Below are positions 19,030-27,996 of a DNA stretch of 64,000 nt, one piece after another (position 1 is the stretch's first letter; every line of letters starts with the position of its first letter). This DNA is from an uncultured cyanobacterium. GTDB lineage: Bacteria > Cyanobacteriota > Cyanobacteriia > Cyanobacteriales > CAWUOF01. The stretch is taken from the NCBI GenBank assembly GCA_963744145.1, contig CAVUSO010000001.1, positions 736,001 to 800,000 of the forward strand. The letters run 5' to 3'. The position numbers and the translations under genes were made by a program. The notes beneath the pieces were generated by a model. The model saw only the letters and a program-made list of their open reading frames with translations. It had not been told where the DNA came from and searched no databases.

Positions 19030-19482
19030 ATGCCAACTAAAATTACAGGATCTCTCTACGAACAGGATTTTGCTTTATGGATCGAGGATGTGGCAGCAAA
19101 ATTAAAAGTACGAGATTTTGATCATCTTGATGTTGATCATCTGCTTGAGGAGATCGAAGCTTTGGGGAAATCACAAAAGCGGGAGGTGAAAAGCCGTTTA
19201 CAAACTTTACTGGCACATATTTTAAAACGGATGTATGTTGACAGTCCATTAGACTATAACGACTGGGAGCGAACCATCCGAGAACAGCGCAAAGAATTAA
19301 GACTTTTGTTTGAACAATCTCCCAGTTTGAAAGGATATTACACAGAAGTCTTTGAGAGCGTTTGGCAAGCAGCAATGTTGGAAGTCTAGGAAGAATATAA
19401 AAAGACAAAATTTCCTAAAGTTTGGCAGTTTAGTAGTGAGCTTGATAACGTCCTCAATAATATTTTTTGGCAGGGAGTATAA
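19030..19482 (+). pseudogene. DUF29 family gene with premature TAG at 19387-19389
   Basis: LYEQDFALW motif; the frame continues past the TAG as EEYKKTKFPKVWQF to TAA 19482. Confidence 0.8.
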
Positions 19483-19613
19483 AAACAAAAGTTATCCAGG
19501 TGAGGTATGGTTCTGGAACTATGGGGGAAAGTGGAAACGACGATCGCATTCTTCCCTTACCCTCATTCCCCTAAAAGCGATCGCAACCATATCGTTATTT
19601 TACCATTAAGATT

Positions 19614-20030
19614 ATGCCAGCAAAAGACACTTACCATAAAACTGTTAAAAATGCCTTAATTAAGGATGGTTGGACAATTACGCACGATCCTTTAAAATTG
19701 CAATGGGGGAAAAAAGACTTATATGTTGACTTAGGTGCAGAGAAACTGATTGCCGCCGAAAAAGAAAATTGTAAAATAGCAGTAGAAGTCAAAAGCTTTG
19801 TGGGTCGTTCTGAAATTGATGACCTGGAAAAGGCTTTAGGACAGTATGTTCTTTATCGTGATGTTTTGTCTAAACGAGAACCTGAGCGAACTCTGTATGT
19901 CGCAGTCCATCAGGACATTTTTAATGATTTGTTTACGGAGCCAATTGGCCAACTTTTATTAGACAACCACCGCATACAGTTGGTTATATTTAATCCCATA
20001 ACGGAGGTAATTTTGAGATGGATACCCTAG
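19614..20030 (+). CDS. xisH: XisH family protein
   Basis: MPAKDTYH..VKNALIKDGWTITHDP, IAVEVKSF, ALGQY. Confidence 0.92.
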   Translation: MPAKDTYHKTVKNALIKDGWTITHDPLKLQWGKKDLYVDLGAEKLIAAEKENCKIAVEVKSFVGRSEIDDLEKALGQYVLYRDVLSKREPERTLYVAVHQDIFNDLFTEPIGQLLLDNHRIQLVIFNPITEVILRWIP

Positions 20031-20353
20031 AACATTATCGGCAAATTATTGAGAAAGTTCTGACTGACTATGTAGCTGTTCCTTATGCTTATGGAGATAT
20101 TAAAGGACAGGTAGTGTTCGATCGCGATCGCGATTCCTATTTAATTTTAACCATTGGATGGGATGAAAGACAACGAGTGCATGGCTGTATCGTTCACCTT
20201 GATATTATTGATGGCAAAATCTGGATTCAGCGGGATGGAACCGAGGAAGGAATAGCCCTTGATTTAACAGAAGCGGGTATTCCCAAAGAACAGATAGTTC
20301 TAGGTTTTCGTCATCCTGATATGCGACAATATACTGAATATGCGATCGCCTAA
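20018..20353 (+). CDS. xisI: XisI family protein
   Basis: HLDIIDGKIWIQRDGTEEGIA...IVLGF. Confidence 0.92.
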   Translation: MDTLEHYRQIIEKVLTDYVAVPYAYGDIKGQVVFDRDRDSYLILTIGWDERQRVHGCIVHLDIIDGKIWIQRDGTEEGIALDLTEAGIPKEQIVLGFRHPDMRQYTEYAIA

Positions 20354-20405
20354 ATCAAGCAATATATTCAGCTTAATTCAATATTATATAGGAGATTGAT
20401 AGACA

Positions 20406-20858
20406 ATGCAAACTGAAACTAAAGTATCCCTCTACGAACAGGATTTTGCTTTATGGATCGAGGATGTGGCAGCAAAATTAAAAGCACGAGATTTTGATCA
20501 TCTTGATGTTGATAATCTGCTTGAGGAGATAGAAAGCTTGGGAAGAAGGGAACGACGGGAATTGAGAAATTGGTTAAGCGTGTTGATAGCTCATATCCTG
20601 AAGCGGATGTATGTTAACAGTTCTGAAAATTTTAATGGATGGGAAGTAACTATTATAGAGCAACGCCAACAAATTAAAGGATTATGGCAAGACTCTCCCA
20701 GTTTAAAACCTTACTTCATACAAATATTTACAGAAGTGTATATTGATGCTTTAGACATTGTTTCTGTTGAATATCAGCAAACAGAGTTTCCTAAAACCTG
20801 GCAATTTGAGCTTGAAATTGATATAATTCTATCTAAAAAATACTGGGAGCAGCAATAA
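20406..20858 (+). CDS. DUF29 family protein (intact, chimeric copy)
   Basis: 5' third matches the 19030 copy; the remainder matches the 14608 copy. Confidence 0.85.
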   Translation: MQTETKVSLYEQDFALWIEDVAAKLKARDFDHLDVDNLLEEIESLGRRERRELRNWLSVLIAHILKRMYVNSSENFNGWEVTIIEQRQQIKGLWQDSPSLKPYFIQIFTEVYIDALDIVSVEYQQTEFPKTWQFELEIDIILSKKYWEQQ

Positions 20859-20977
20859 ATGATTTCTAAGCAGCTCCGAATTATTACCGATGTGGGGAAA
20901 TTTTTCCAAGGAGTTTCCTTGATGACCGCGATCGCTCTCTATCCGCTATGTCAAAATTAGCAAAATCAGAGGTGATT

Positions 20978-21209
20978 ATGCCTTTTAGCACTTATAAAAC
21001 AATCAGTGCAGTTCTTAAAGAATTTCAAGTTACTTACATTGAAGCAAACTTGATTATAGAAGCTGAATTTAATATCTCTGACTATTTTCGAGAAGATTTA
21101 GAAATAGTGATGCAAGACGGTGCAGTGAACTATTCCGAATTTGCAATTTGTGAAAATCTGATTTATCCAGTGTTAAAGGAAGTTTGGAAGCAGTATCGCC
21201 ACAATTTTA
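20978..21209 (+). pseudogene. 5' fragment paralogous to 17961-18587, cut by an IS66 end
   Basis: MPFSTYK...VLKEVWKQYR is near-identical to the 17961 gene; similarity stops at GTAAGCGTTCA. Confidence 0.8.
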
Positions 21210-21359
21210 GTAAGCGTTCACGGAGTGGAAAAAGAAAGCAAAATACCCCCCAATGGAATTCCAGCAATTTTCAAGTAAATCGCCAGATCACAGCCGGACG
21301 AATAGCTCTTTCTGCCGCATTATTAGTGGGTTCAACCCCAACAGTAGTCACAAATAACC
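21210..21359 (-). mobile_element. IS66-family remnant (one end plus a transposase fragment)
   Basis: Minus strand encodes LFVTTVGVEPTNNAAERAIRPAVIW (IS66 TnpC motif); end sequence GTAAGCGTTCAC at 21210. Confidence 0.8.
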
Positions 21360-21420
21360 TGATAAAACTTGCCGCGGGGATTTTTTCATTTTGCATCTGG
21401 GGATTTGACTGTAACTAAGA

Positions 21421-22005
21421 TTACCAAATCTTACTCATATTCAGAACAAATCCAGGTAAAATTGGATCGCCGCTAACTGTAGCAGGATTTTCTAAACATT
21501 CCTCTGGCAAACCTGGGCGGTAAATATAAACTCGCCGATTTTTCCGGTCAATTAACCAGCCTAACTTTACTCCCGGTTCCCTCATGTATTCTGCCATTTT
21601 TTCTTGTAAAGGTTTCAAGTTATCAGAAGCCGACCTGAGTTCTACTACAAAATCGGGACAAATGGGAGCAAATTTTTTCTGTTGTTCTAGGGATAAAGTA
21701 TTCCATCTTTCCAGTTTAATCCAAGCAGCATCAGGGGATCTTTCTGCACCTGTTGATAGGGTAAATCCGGCACTGGAACTAAAAGTTATACCTGTCCCAT
21801 CTTGTTCTGACCACACCCACAGCGGCCCAAAGATATTGCCTTCTCGATTTCCTGTTTCTGATCCTGTGGGGGGCATAATTAGCACTTCTCCTAATTGATT
21901 TCTTTCAATTTGTAAGTCGCGATTAATTTGGCAGAACTCAAAAAACTCATCGGCTGTCATTTGCAGTTTCGGCGGCATTCTTAATACTATCGGAGATGAG
22001 AGCAT
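21421..22005 (-). CDS. Uma2 family endonuclease
   Basis: RSPDAAW, PICPDFVVELRS, LGWLID; AAGGAGG RBS. Confidence 0.9.
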   Translation of the reverse strand: MLSSPIVLRMPPKLQMTADEFFEFCQINRDLQIERNQLGEVLIMPPTGSETGNREGNIFGPLWVWSEQDGTGITFSSSAGFTLSTGAERSPDAAWIKLERWNTLSLEQQKKFAPICPDFVVELRSASDNLKPLQEKMAEYMREPGVKLGWLIDRKNRRVYIYRPGLPEECLENPATVSGDPILPGFVLNMSKIW

Positions 22006-22049
22006 GGTGATTTCCTCCTTTAAAATATTTTTATTTGAGCATGATTTGT

Positions 22050-22634
22050 TTACCAAATCTTACTCATATTGAGAACGAATCCAGGTAAAATTGGATCGCC
22101 GCTAACTGTAGCAGGATTTTCTAAACATTCCTCTGGCAAACCTGGGCGGTAAATATAAACTCGCCGATTTTTCCGGTCAATTAACCAGCCTAACTTTACT
22201 CCCGGTTCCCTCATATATTCTGCCATCTTTTCTTGTAAAGGTTTCAAGTTATCAGAAGCCGACCTGAGTTCTACCACAAAATCGGGACAAATGGGAGCAA
22301 ATTTTTTCTGTTGTTCTGGGGATAAAGTATTCCATCTTTCCAGTTTAATCCAAGCAGCATCAGGGGATCTTTCTGCACCTGTTGATAGGGTAAATCCGGC
22401 ACTGGAACTAAAAGCTAGACCTGTGCCATCTTCTTCTGACCACACCCACAGCGGTCCTAATATGTTGAATTCTCGGTTTCCTGTCTCTGATCCTGTGGGG
22501 GGCATAATTAGCACTTCTCCTAATTGATTTCTTTCAATTTGTAAGTCGCGATTAATTTGGCAGAACTCAAAAAACTCATCGGCTGTCATTTGCAGTTTTG
22601 GCGGCATTCGTAATACTATCGGAGATGAAAACAT
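22050..22634 (-). CDS. Uma2 family endonuclease (tandem near-identical duplicate)
   Basis: Near-identical to 21421-22005, period 629 bp. Confidence 0.9.
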   Translation of the reverse strand: MFSSPIVLRMPPKLQMTADEFFEFCQINRDLQIERNQLGEVLIMPPTGSETGNREFNILGPLWVWSEEDGTGLAFSSSAGFTLSTGAERSPDAAWIKLERWNTLSPEQQKKFAPICPDFVVELRSASDNLKPLQEKMAEYMREPGVKLGWLIDRKNRRVYIYRPGLPEECLENPATVSGDPILPGFVLNMSKIW

Positions 22635-22818
22635 GGTGATTTTCTCCAATTAAAATTTTGAGAGAGGCGATTATACTAAATCTGGTTCTATTACCGCCTT
22701 TGGAACGAACCGCTAAGGCGCAAAGGACGCAGAGGGAAGAGGAAGAGCAATATTGGGGGTAATGGTGGAGGATTTAGTGTTAATCGCGCCTCTACTTCAG
22801 TTTAACACAAGGGTGTTG

Positions 22819-23319
22819 CTATTTATTCGGCTGAAGAGTCATCCGCAAATAAGGTTTAATTACTTCATAACCTTTGGGAAATTTCTCTTTCAGTTCTTCG
22901 GGATCTTTGATGGAGGGGACAATTACGCAATCTTGACCGTCTTTCCAGTTGACGGGGGTAGCAACGCTATATTTGTCTGTAAGTTGTAGGGAGTCAATTA
23001 CTCGCAAAATTTCATCAAAGTTACGACCTGTACTCGCCGGGTAGGTAATTGTTAACCGCAGTTTCTTTTGGGGATCAATAACGAAAACTGTACGGATAGT
23101 TAGGTTATTCAAAGAGTTCGGATGGATCATGTCATAGAGGTCTGACACTTTTTGATTTGGATCGGCTAAAATGGGATAATTTAAGCTAAATTTTTGGGTT
23201 TCTTCGATGTCTTTAATCCAACCTTTATGGGACTCTTCATCATCAACACTAACCGCGATAGTTTTGACGCTACCTTTGTCAAATTCTGCTTTGAGACGGG
23301 GGACTTCCCCTAGTTCGGT
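22819..23319 (-). pseudogene. 1-Cys peroxiredoxin, 5'-truncated
   Basis: Frame reads TELGEV...SHKGWIKDI...YPASTGRNFDEILRVIDSLQL...TPVNW; the N-terminus with the PVCTTE peroxidatic Cys is absent. Confidence 0.85.
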
Positions 23320-23329
23320 GAGTCCATCA

Positions 23330-23526
23330 GGTTAAGCGTGTTGATAGCTCATATCCTGAAGCGGATGTATGTTAACAGTTCTGAAAATTTCAATGGATGG
23401 GAAGTAACTATTATAGAGCAACGCCAACAAATTAAAGGATTATGGCAAGACTCTCCCAGTTTAAAACCTTACTTCACCCAAATATTTACAGAAGTGTATA
23501 TTGATGCTTTAGACATTGTTTCTGTT
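23330..23526 (+). pseudogene. Internal DUF29 fragment (copy of the 20406 gene)
   Basis: Near-identical to about 20572-20768. Confidence 0.85.
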
Positions 23527-23680
23527 GCGTTTTTTCCAAGAGCAAGGGGAATTGATAATTTTGCCAGAAGAAATGCAGCAACAAATAGAACAGGAACGGC
23601 AAAGAGCTGATCGAGCTGAACAAGAATTAGCCAAACTGCGATCGCAATTGCGTGATCAAGGTATTAAAGAAAAAGGTTAA
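23525..23680 (+). pseudogene. 3' fragment of a Uma2-type gene (coiled-coil tail)
   Basis: Reads LRFFQEQGELIILPEE...EQERQRADRAEQELAKLRSQLRDQGI. Confidence 0.6.
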
Positions 23681-23714
23681 GACCTACTTTTTACCAATCC
23701 GGTCTGCTAGATTA
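23676..23714 (+). promoter_or_regulatory. Conserved cas promoter element, copy 2
   Basis: 35/39 identical to 6569-6607; 11 bp before the cas10 ATG. Confidence 0.7.
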
Positions 23715-23725
23715 ATTGAGGAAAA

Positions 23726-25996
23726 ATGGGTATGGGATCTCACGATATAGCTTTACGAGTGATGCAAGAATCTGTAATGGTTTTAGCTACATGGACAAAT
23801 ATCAAATTGGACTTTCCAAAAATCCAAGAATCTGAAGCGGTAGAAAAAGCAAAAGATTATCTGAATTGGCCAAAAATGGGAGAAGATCAGATTCAACCTT
23901 TACGTCTACTATTCGACTTTGTTTATTTTCCTCAAGATGGGGGAAAGCAGACAAAACCAGAAAATTACTATCCTGTGTGTGCGATCGCCGATTCTGATCC
24001 TGTCATTCCCTATCCCTTAGAACAAAAACCTGATTTAACGGAGTACAAAAAACTTGTCAAAACTGAATTAGAAAGACTTAACTCAGCAGATTGGCAAAAC
24101 TTGCCACTTCTCAGCTTATTTATCGAAAAATATGGTTCTTGTCTGAGCTTTGGTGAATCAGATATTGCCTTAATTGATATGGCTCGATCTACCGCTGCGG
24201 TTGCTGCTGCTTTGGTCGATAATCCTGAAGCCGATCAAATTGCTTTAATTGCTGGTGACTTATCAGGAATTCAGAAATTTATCTACACTATTTCTTCTGA
24301 TGGTGCGCTCAAGTCGTTACGAGCGAGAAGTTTTTATTTAGAATTAGTTGCTGAGGAAATTGTCCAGCAGCTTTTATATAGTCTGAAATTGCCCCGTACC
24401 AGTGTTATCTATGCGGGCGGAGGAAATTTATATATATTAGCACCTGCGAATCAGAATACTAAAAACACTGTTGACCAATTACAATCAACTTTCAACCAAT
24501 GGTTGAAAAACAAATTTCAAAACAAAATATTTTTAGCACTTACTATTTCTGCTCCTTTTTCTGCTCAAGATGTAGCTACTAATCAATTTGCAGAACATTG
24601 GAATAACGCAATTAAAAAAGTTAATCAGCAAAAAAATCAAAAATTTATAAATCAAATTGATACTTTACTTAAAATTAAGGTAAGTTACGAACAAAAATGT
24701 CGGGTTTGTCATCGTGATGATACAACAAATTTAAAAGAATTTGAAAATGATGAAGGTGAGTTAATAGTCCAATGTCCAATTTGCAAAAAAATGGCTCAAT
24801 TGGGGAGCCAATTATTTCAAACAAAAGTGGTTGTAAGATCGCGTCGTAAAGACATACCAGGTAAATTAGGAAAAATCTCTTTTCAATTTGCTCACTATTA
24901 TCTTTTTGAGAATCAAGACAATTTGCCAGAATTACAAGAGGAAGAAATAGTATTATTTATAAATAATTGGGAGACTAAAAACTATCATTTTCAAAATTCA
25001 GTTTCTTTCTTTTTGGGTAACTATGGTAAAAAAAGTGAAGAAGAAGAACCAAAATTTATCCGAGCTAATGAAATGGCAAAAAAAGCAAAAGGGATTAAGC
25101 GAGTTGGTTATTTACGGATGGATGTAGACAACTTAGGTAAAATTTTTGCGAAAGGGTTAGGGAATAAGCACTCTTTACTTAGACTAACAGGACTTTCTCG
25201 TTTGATGACCTATTTCTTTAAAGTTTATCTGAATAGTTTGGCAAAAGATCGCTGTGCCAATTTACCCGAAGGAGCAAAAAGTTTAGACTCAGGCGATCGC
25301 CCAAATTTATTATTTATTTATGCAGGAGGTGATGATTTATTTATCAGTGGCTCTTGGAATGAAGTAGTAGACTTTGCTTTTGATGTTTATCAGTCATTTC
25401 GAGCATATACAGGCTATAATACTGATATTACTCTTTCCGGTGGAATCAGCCTAGCAGATTTCAAATTTCCTCTTTATCAAGCAGCAGATGAATCAGGGGA
25501 TGCTGAAAAAAAAGCTAAAGGAAATGGTCGAGATAGTTTAGGATTATTTGGAGAGGTGTTTAAATGGGATGAATGGCTTGGAATGAATAATGTGAACGCG
25601 ATCGCTTCGGAAACTAAAACTTATCTGAAGTCTGAAAATATGCCTAGCTTATTTGGTATCTTACCTCTTGTAAGACTCTACCATATAAACAATAATCATT
25701 CCCATAGCTTTGTCAGAAACCTACTGGTTACAGCTCAATTACAAGATCAAATGATTAAGGAGATTAAAGAAGAACGAAAAAACCGAGATTATATAGATCA
25801 AGAGCAAGATATTCGCTACTATTTACATTTACCCAAAATTGCTTATACTTTGGCACGACTTCCTAAACAAGTTCTGGATGATGATGAGTTTCGTAAGTCA
25901 TTAAAGAATCCATATAATGCACCTTATTTTCGGGCGATCGCCACTTGGATAGAATTACTTAACCGCAAGGAAAGCCATGACTCAAACAACAACTAA
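23726..25996 (+). CDS. cas10: Type III-A Cas10/Csm1
   Basis: GDLSGIQKFIY, LRARSFYLE, CRVC..CPIC zinc motif, RMDVDNLG, YAGGDDLF. Confidence 0.95.
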   Translation: MGMGSHDIALRVMQESVMVLATWTNIKLDFPKIQESEAVEKAKDYLNWPKMGEDQIQPLRLLFDFVYFPQDGGKQTKPENYYPVCAIADSDPVIPYPLEQKPDLTEYKKLVKTELERLNSADWQNLPLLSLFIEKYGSCLSFGESDIALIDMARSTAAVAAALVDNPEADQIALIAGDLSGIQKFIYTISSDGALKSLRARSFYLELVAEEIVQQLLYSLKLPRTSVIYAGGGNLYILAPANQNTKNTVDQLQSTFNQWLKNKFQNKIFLALTISAPFSAQDVATNQFAEHWNNAIKKVNQQKNQKFINQIDTLLKIKVSYEQKCRVCHRDDTTNLKEFENDEGELIVQCPICKKMAQLGSQLFQTKVVVRSRRKDIPGKLGKISFQFAHYYLFENQDNLPELQEEEIVLFINNWETKNYHFQNSVSFFLGNYGKKSEEEEPKFIRANEMAKKAKGIKRVGYLRMDVDNLGKIFAKGLGNKHSLLRLTGLSRLMTYFFKVYLNSLAKDRCANLPEGAKSLDSGDRPNLLFIYAGGDDLFISGSWNEVVDFAFDVYQSFRAYTGYNTDITLSGGISLADFKFPLYQAADESGDAEKKAKGNGRDSLGLFGEVFKWDEWLGMNNVNAIASETKTYLKSENMPSLFGILPLVRLYHINNNHSHSFVRNLLVTAQLQDQMIKEIKEERKNRDYIDQEQDIRYYLHLPKIAYTLARLPKQVLDDDEFRKSLKNPYNAPYFRAIATWIELLNRKESHDSNNN

Positions 25997-26546
25997 AGCT
26001 AAACTCACTTTTGAAGAATACCTCAGCTATGACGATGGTACAGATAACCGCTATGAATTGGAAGATGGAGAATTAATTTTAATGAACCTACCAACATTTC
26101 ATCATGCTTTCATTATTAGATTTTTGGCAAATAAGTTTGAGTCAGAAATTACGCGGCTTAATTTACCTTGGCTGACGTTGCAGGGTATAGGAGTCAGAAC
26201 ATCGATCAATCGCTCTAGGATTCCCGATTTATGCGTAATTACCCGCGAACAAATTTTAGAAAACCTTGACGTACCCGCAGTCATTGAATCTGCTGCATTG
26301 CTAGCAGTGGAAATTGTCAGTCCTGAATCCAAAACTAGAGATTATCGGTTTAAACGTTCTGAATATAGTGTAGTGGGAATTCCTGAATATTGGATTGTCG
26401 ATCCAGCCGAGCAAAAAGTTACTGTTCTGAATTTAGTGGAGGGATTTTATGAACAGATAGAATTTCGAGGAAATGAGAGAATTGTTTCTCAGACTTTCCC
26501 CGAATTGGTGTTAAATTTAGAACAGGTATTGCAAAGCAATTTTTAA
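25977..26546 (+). CDS. Uma2 family endonuclease inserted in the III-A operon
   Basis: RYELEDGEL, RIPDL, AVEIVSP, KRSEY..GIPEYWIVDP. Confidence 0.9.
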   Translation: MTQTTTKAKLTFEEYLSYDDGTDNRYELEDGELILMNLPTFHHAFIIRFLANKFESEITRLNLPWLTLQGIGVRTSINRSRIPDLCVITREQILENLDVPAVIESAALLAVEIVSPESKTRDYRFKRSEYSVVGIPEYWIVDPAEQKVTVLNLVEGFYEQIEFRGNERIVSQTFPELVLNLEQVLQSNF

Positions 26547-26576
26547 CAGAACTTAAGATATTAACCAGGAATAAAT

Positions 26577-27035
26577 ATGGGACCAGAAGATAAACACTCT
26601 AAACCTATACCGAAGATAGATGATGATATTGTAGCAGTAATGGTCAACAAGATTGATAACTTGAAATTGGGCTTAAAAGAGTATAAAATTCGCGACTTAG
26701 TTGACCATACAGAAAAGCTAGGAAAAAAACTCGCTGATAATGGCTTAAAAACCAATCAAATTCGCAAATTTTTAGATGCTGTCAACCGTTTTAAGATTAA
26801 ACAAACGGGCAAATCTGAACTTTCCGAAGAAAGTCAAGATGAATTACACATCTTAAGATACCAATTAGCCTATGCTGCGGCTCGACAGCAAAAGGTAGTC
26901 GAACCTTTAAAAAAAGTCTTAGAAGTAGCGATTAAACAAGTAAAAGGGAAGGAGTTAGAAAACTTTAACCGTCTTGTTCAACTTATTGAATCAGTAGTTG
27001 CATATCATAAAGCAGCAGGAGGAAAAGACCAATGA
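26577..27035 (+). CDS. csm2: Csm2 (Cas11) small subunit
   Basis: LKTNQIRKF, LAYAAAR, ESVVAYHKAAGG. Confidence 0.93.
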   Translation: MGPEDKHSKPIPKIDDDIVAVMVNKIDNLKLGLKEYKIRDLVDHTEKLGKKLADNGLKTNQIRKFLDAVNRFKIKQTGKSELSEESQDELHILRYQLAYAAARQQKVVEPLKKVLEVAIKQVKGKELENFNRLVQLIESVVAYHKAAGGKDQ

Positions 27036-27988
27036 CCATATCAACGATTGATAAACCCCAGAGACAATTACTCGGAAAGCTTCACTTTAAAAGTATTATC
27101 TTAGTTGAAACTGGACTTCATATTGGAGGAGGTAGTGAAACTTTAAACATTGGTGGACTCGATAAACCTGTTATACGCGATCCAATTACTCGGCACCCCT
27201 ATTTACCTGGTTCATCAATTAAGGGAAAACTGCGTGCGATTTTAGAAAGGTTACTAAACAAACCTCTAAATCGACCCGGTGGTAGCGGAACTTATCGCTA
27301 TGAAAGCGGTGATTTAGTTGATGGAATTGTAGAACTAGGCGGACAATATATCAATTTTCAAGGTGCAAGAACTTGTGAATTATCACGCATTTTTGGTTCT
27401 ACAGGAGTAAAATGTTATATTGAAACAGAGATCGCTCGTCAAGAGGGGTTACTTGATAATAAGAGTGAGAAAAAGTTGATCAATAACAAAGAATATGTCA
27501 ATGTTATAGGTCGTAATTTCCCAGGACGATTAATTGTCAGGGATGCTCATTTAGAGGAAGATTCAGCCAAACAACTAGAAAATATTGATACTGGTTTGTA
27601 CATGACTGAATGGAAGTTTGAAAATGGAATTGATCGCATCACAGCACTAGCCAATCCCAGACAAGTAGAGCGAGTTCCCAAAGGAGCAAAATTCAAGTTT
27701 GAGCTGGTTTATACTGTTGAAGAGGCTAGTCAAGCACTAGAAGATTTGAGGAATATTCTTCGTGCAGTTTTAGTTTTAGAAGATGATGCTTTAGGTGGAC
27801 ATGGTTCTCGCGGTTACGGAAAAATTAAGTTTCAAAATCTAGATTTTTGTTATCGAGATTATGCAGGAATTCACAAAGCAGGAAGTGGTGTACTCAGTTT
27901 ACCATCATCAAATAAAGTATCAGAAATTAATGATACTACGCAGTTACCAGATAAATTTAATGAAATTCAGAAACTTTTACCAAGGTAA
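27032..27988 (+). CDS. csm3: Csm3 RAMP backbone ribonuclease
   Basis: TGLHIGG...IGGLDKPVIRDP (catalytic Asp position), PGSSIKGKLR, LGGHGSRGYG. Confidence 0.95.
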   Translation: MTISTIDKPQRQLLGKLHFKSIILVETGLHIGGGSETLNIGGLDKPVIRDPITRHPYLPGSSIKGKLRAILERLLNKPLNRPGGSGTYRYESGDLVDGIVELGGQYINFQGARTCELSRIFGSTGVKCYIETEIARQEGLLDNKSEKKLINNKEYVNVIGRNFPGRLIVRDAHLEEDSAKQLENIDTGLYMTEWKFENGIDRITALANPRQVERVPKGAKFKFELVYTVEEASQALEDLRNILRAVLVLEDDALGGHGSRGYGKIKFQNLDFCYRDYAGIHKAGSGVLSLPSSNKVSEINDTTQLPDKFNEIQKLLPR

Positions 27989-27996
27989 AGCAAAAA

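Noticed and set aside
20948-21418. 156-aa ORF as a real gene
   Set aside because: It is read-through from a truncated paralog into the antisense strand of the IS66 relic.
22702-22747. CGCTAAGGCGCAAAGGACGCAGAG short repeat, and a degenerate GTTCC..GGAACGTCTCTAC element at about 54631-54658
   Set aside because: Resemble common cyanobacterial intergenic repeats; single degenerate copies with no specific role evident.
23726-23760. SHD near the Cas10 N-terminus as an HD nuclease motif
   Set aside because: Lacks the usual hhHDhGK context and the later conserved His/Asp residues; an HMM test is needed.
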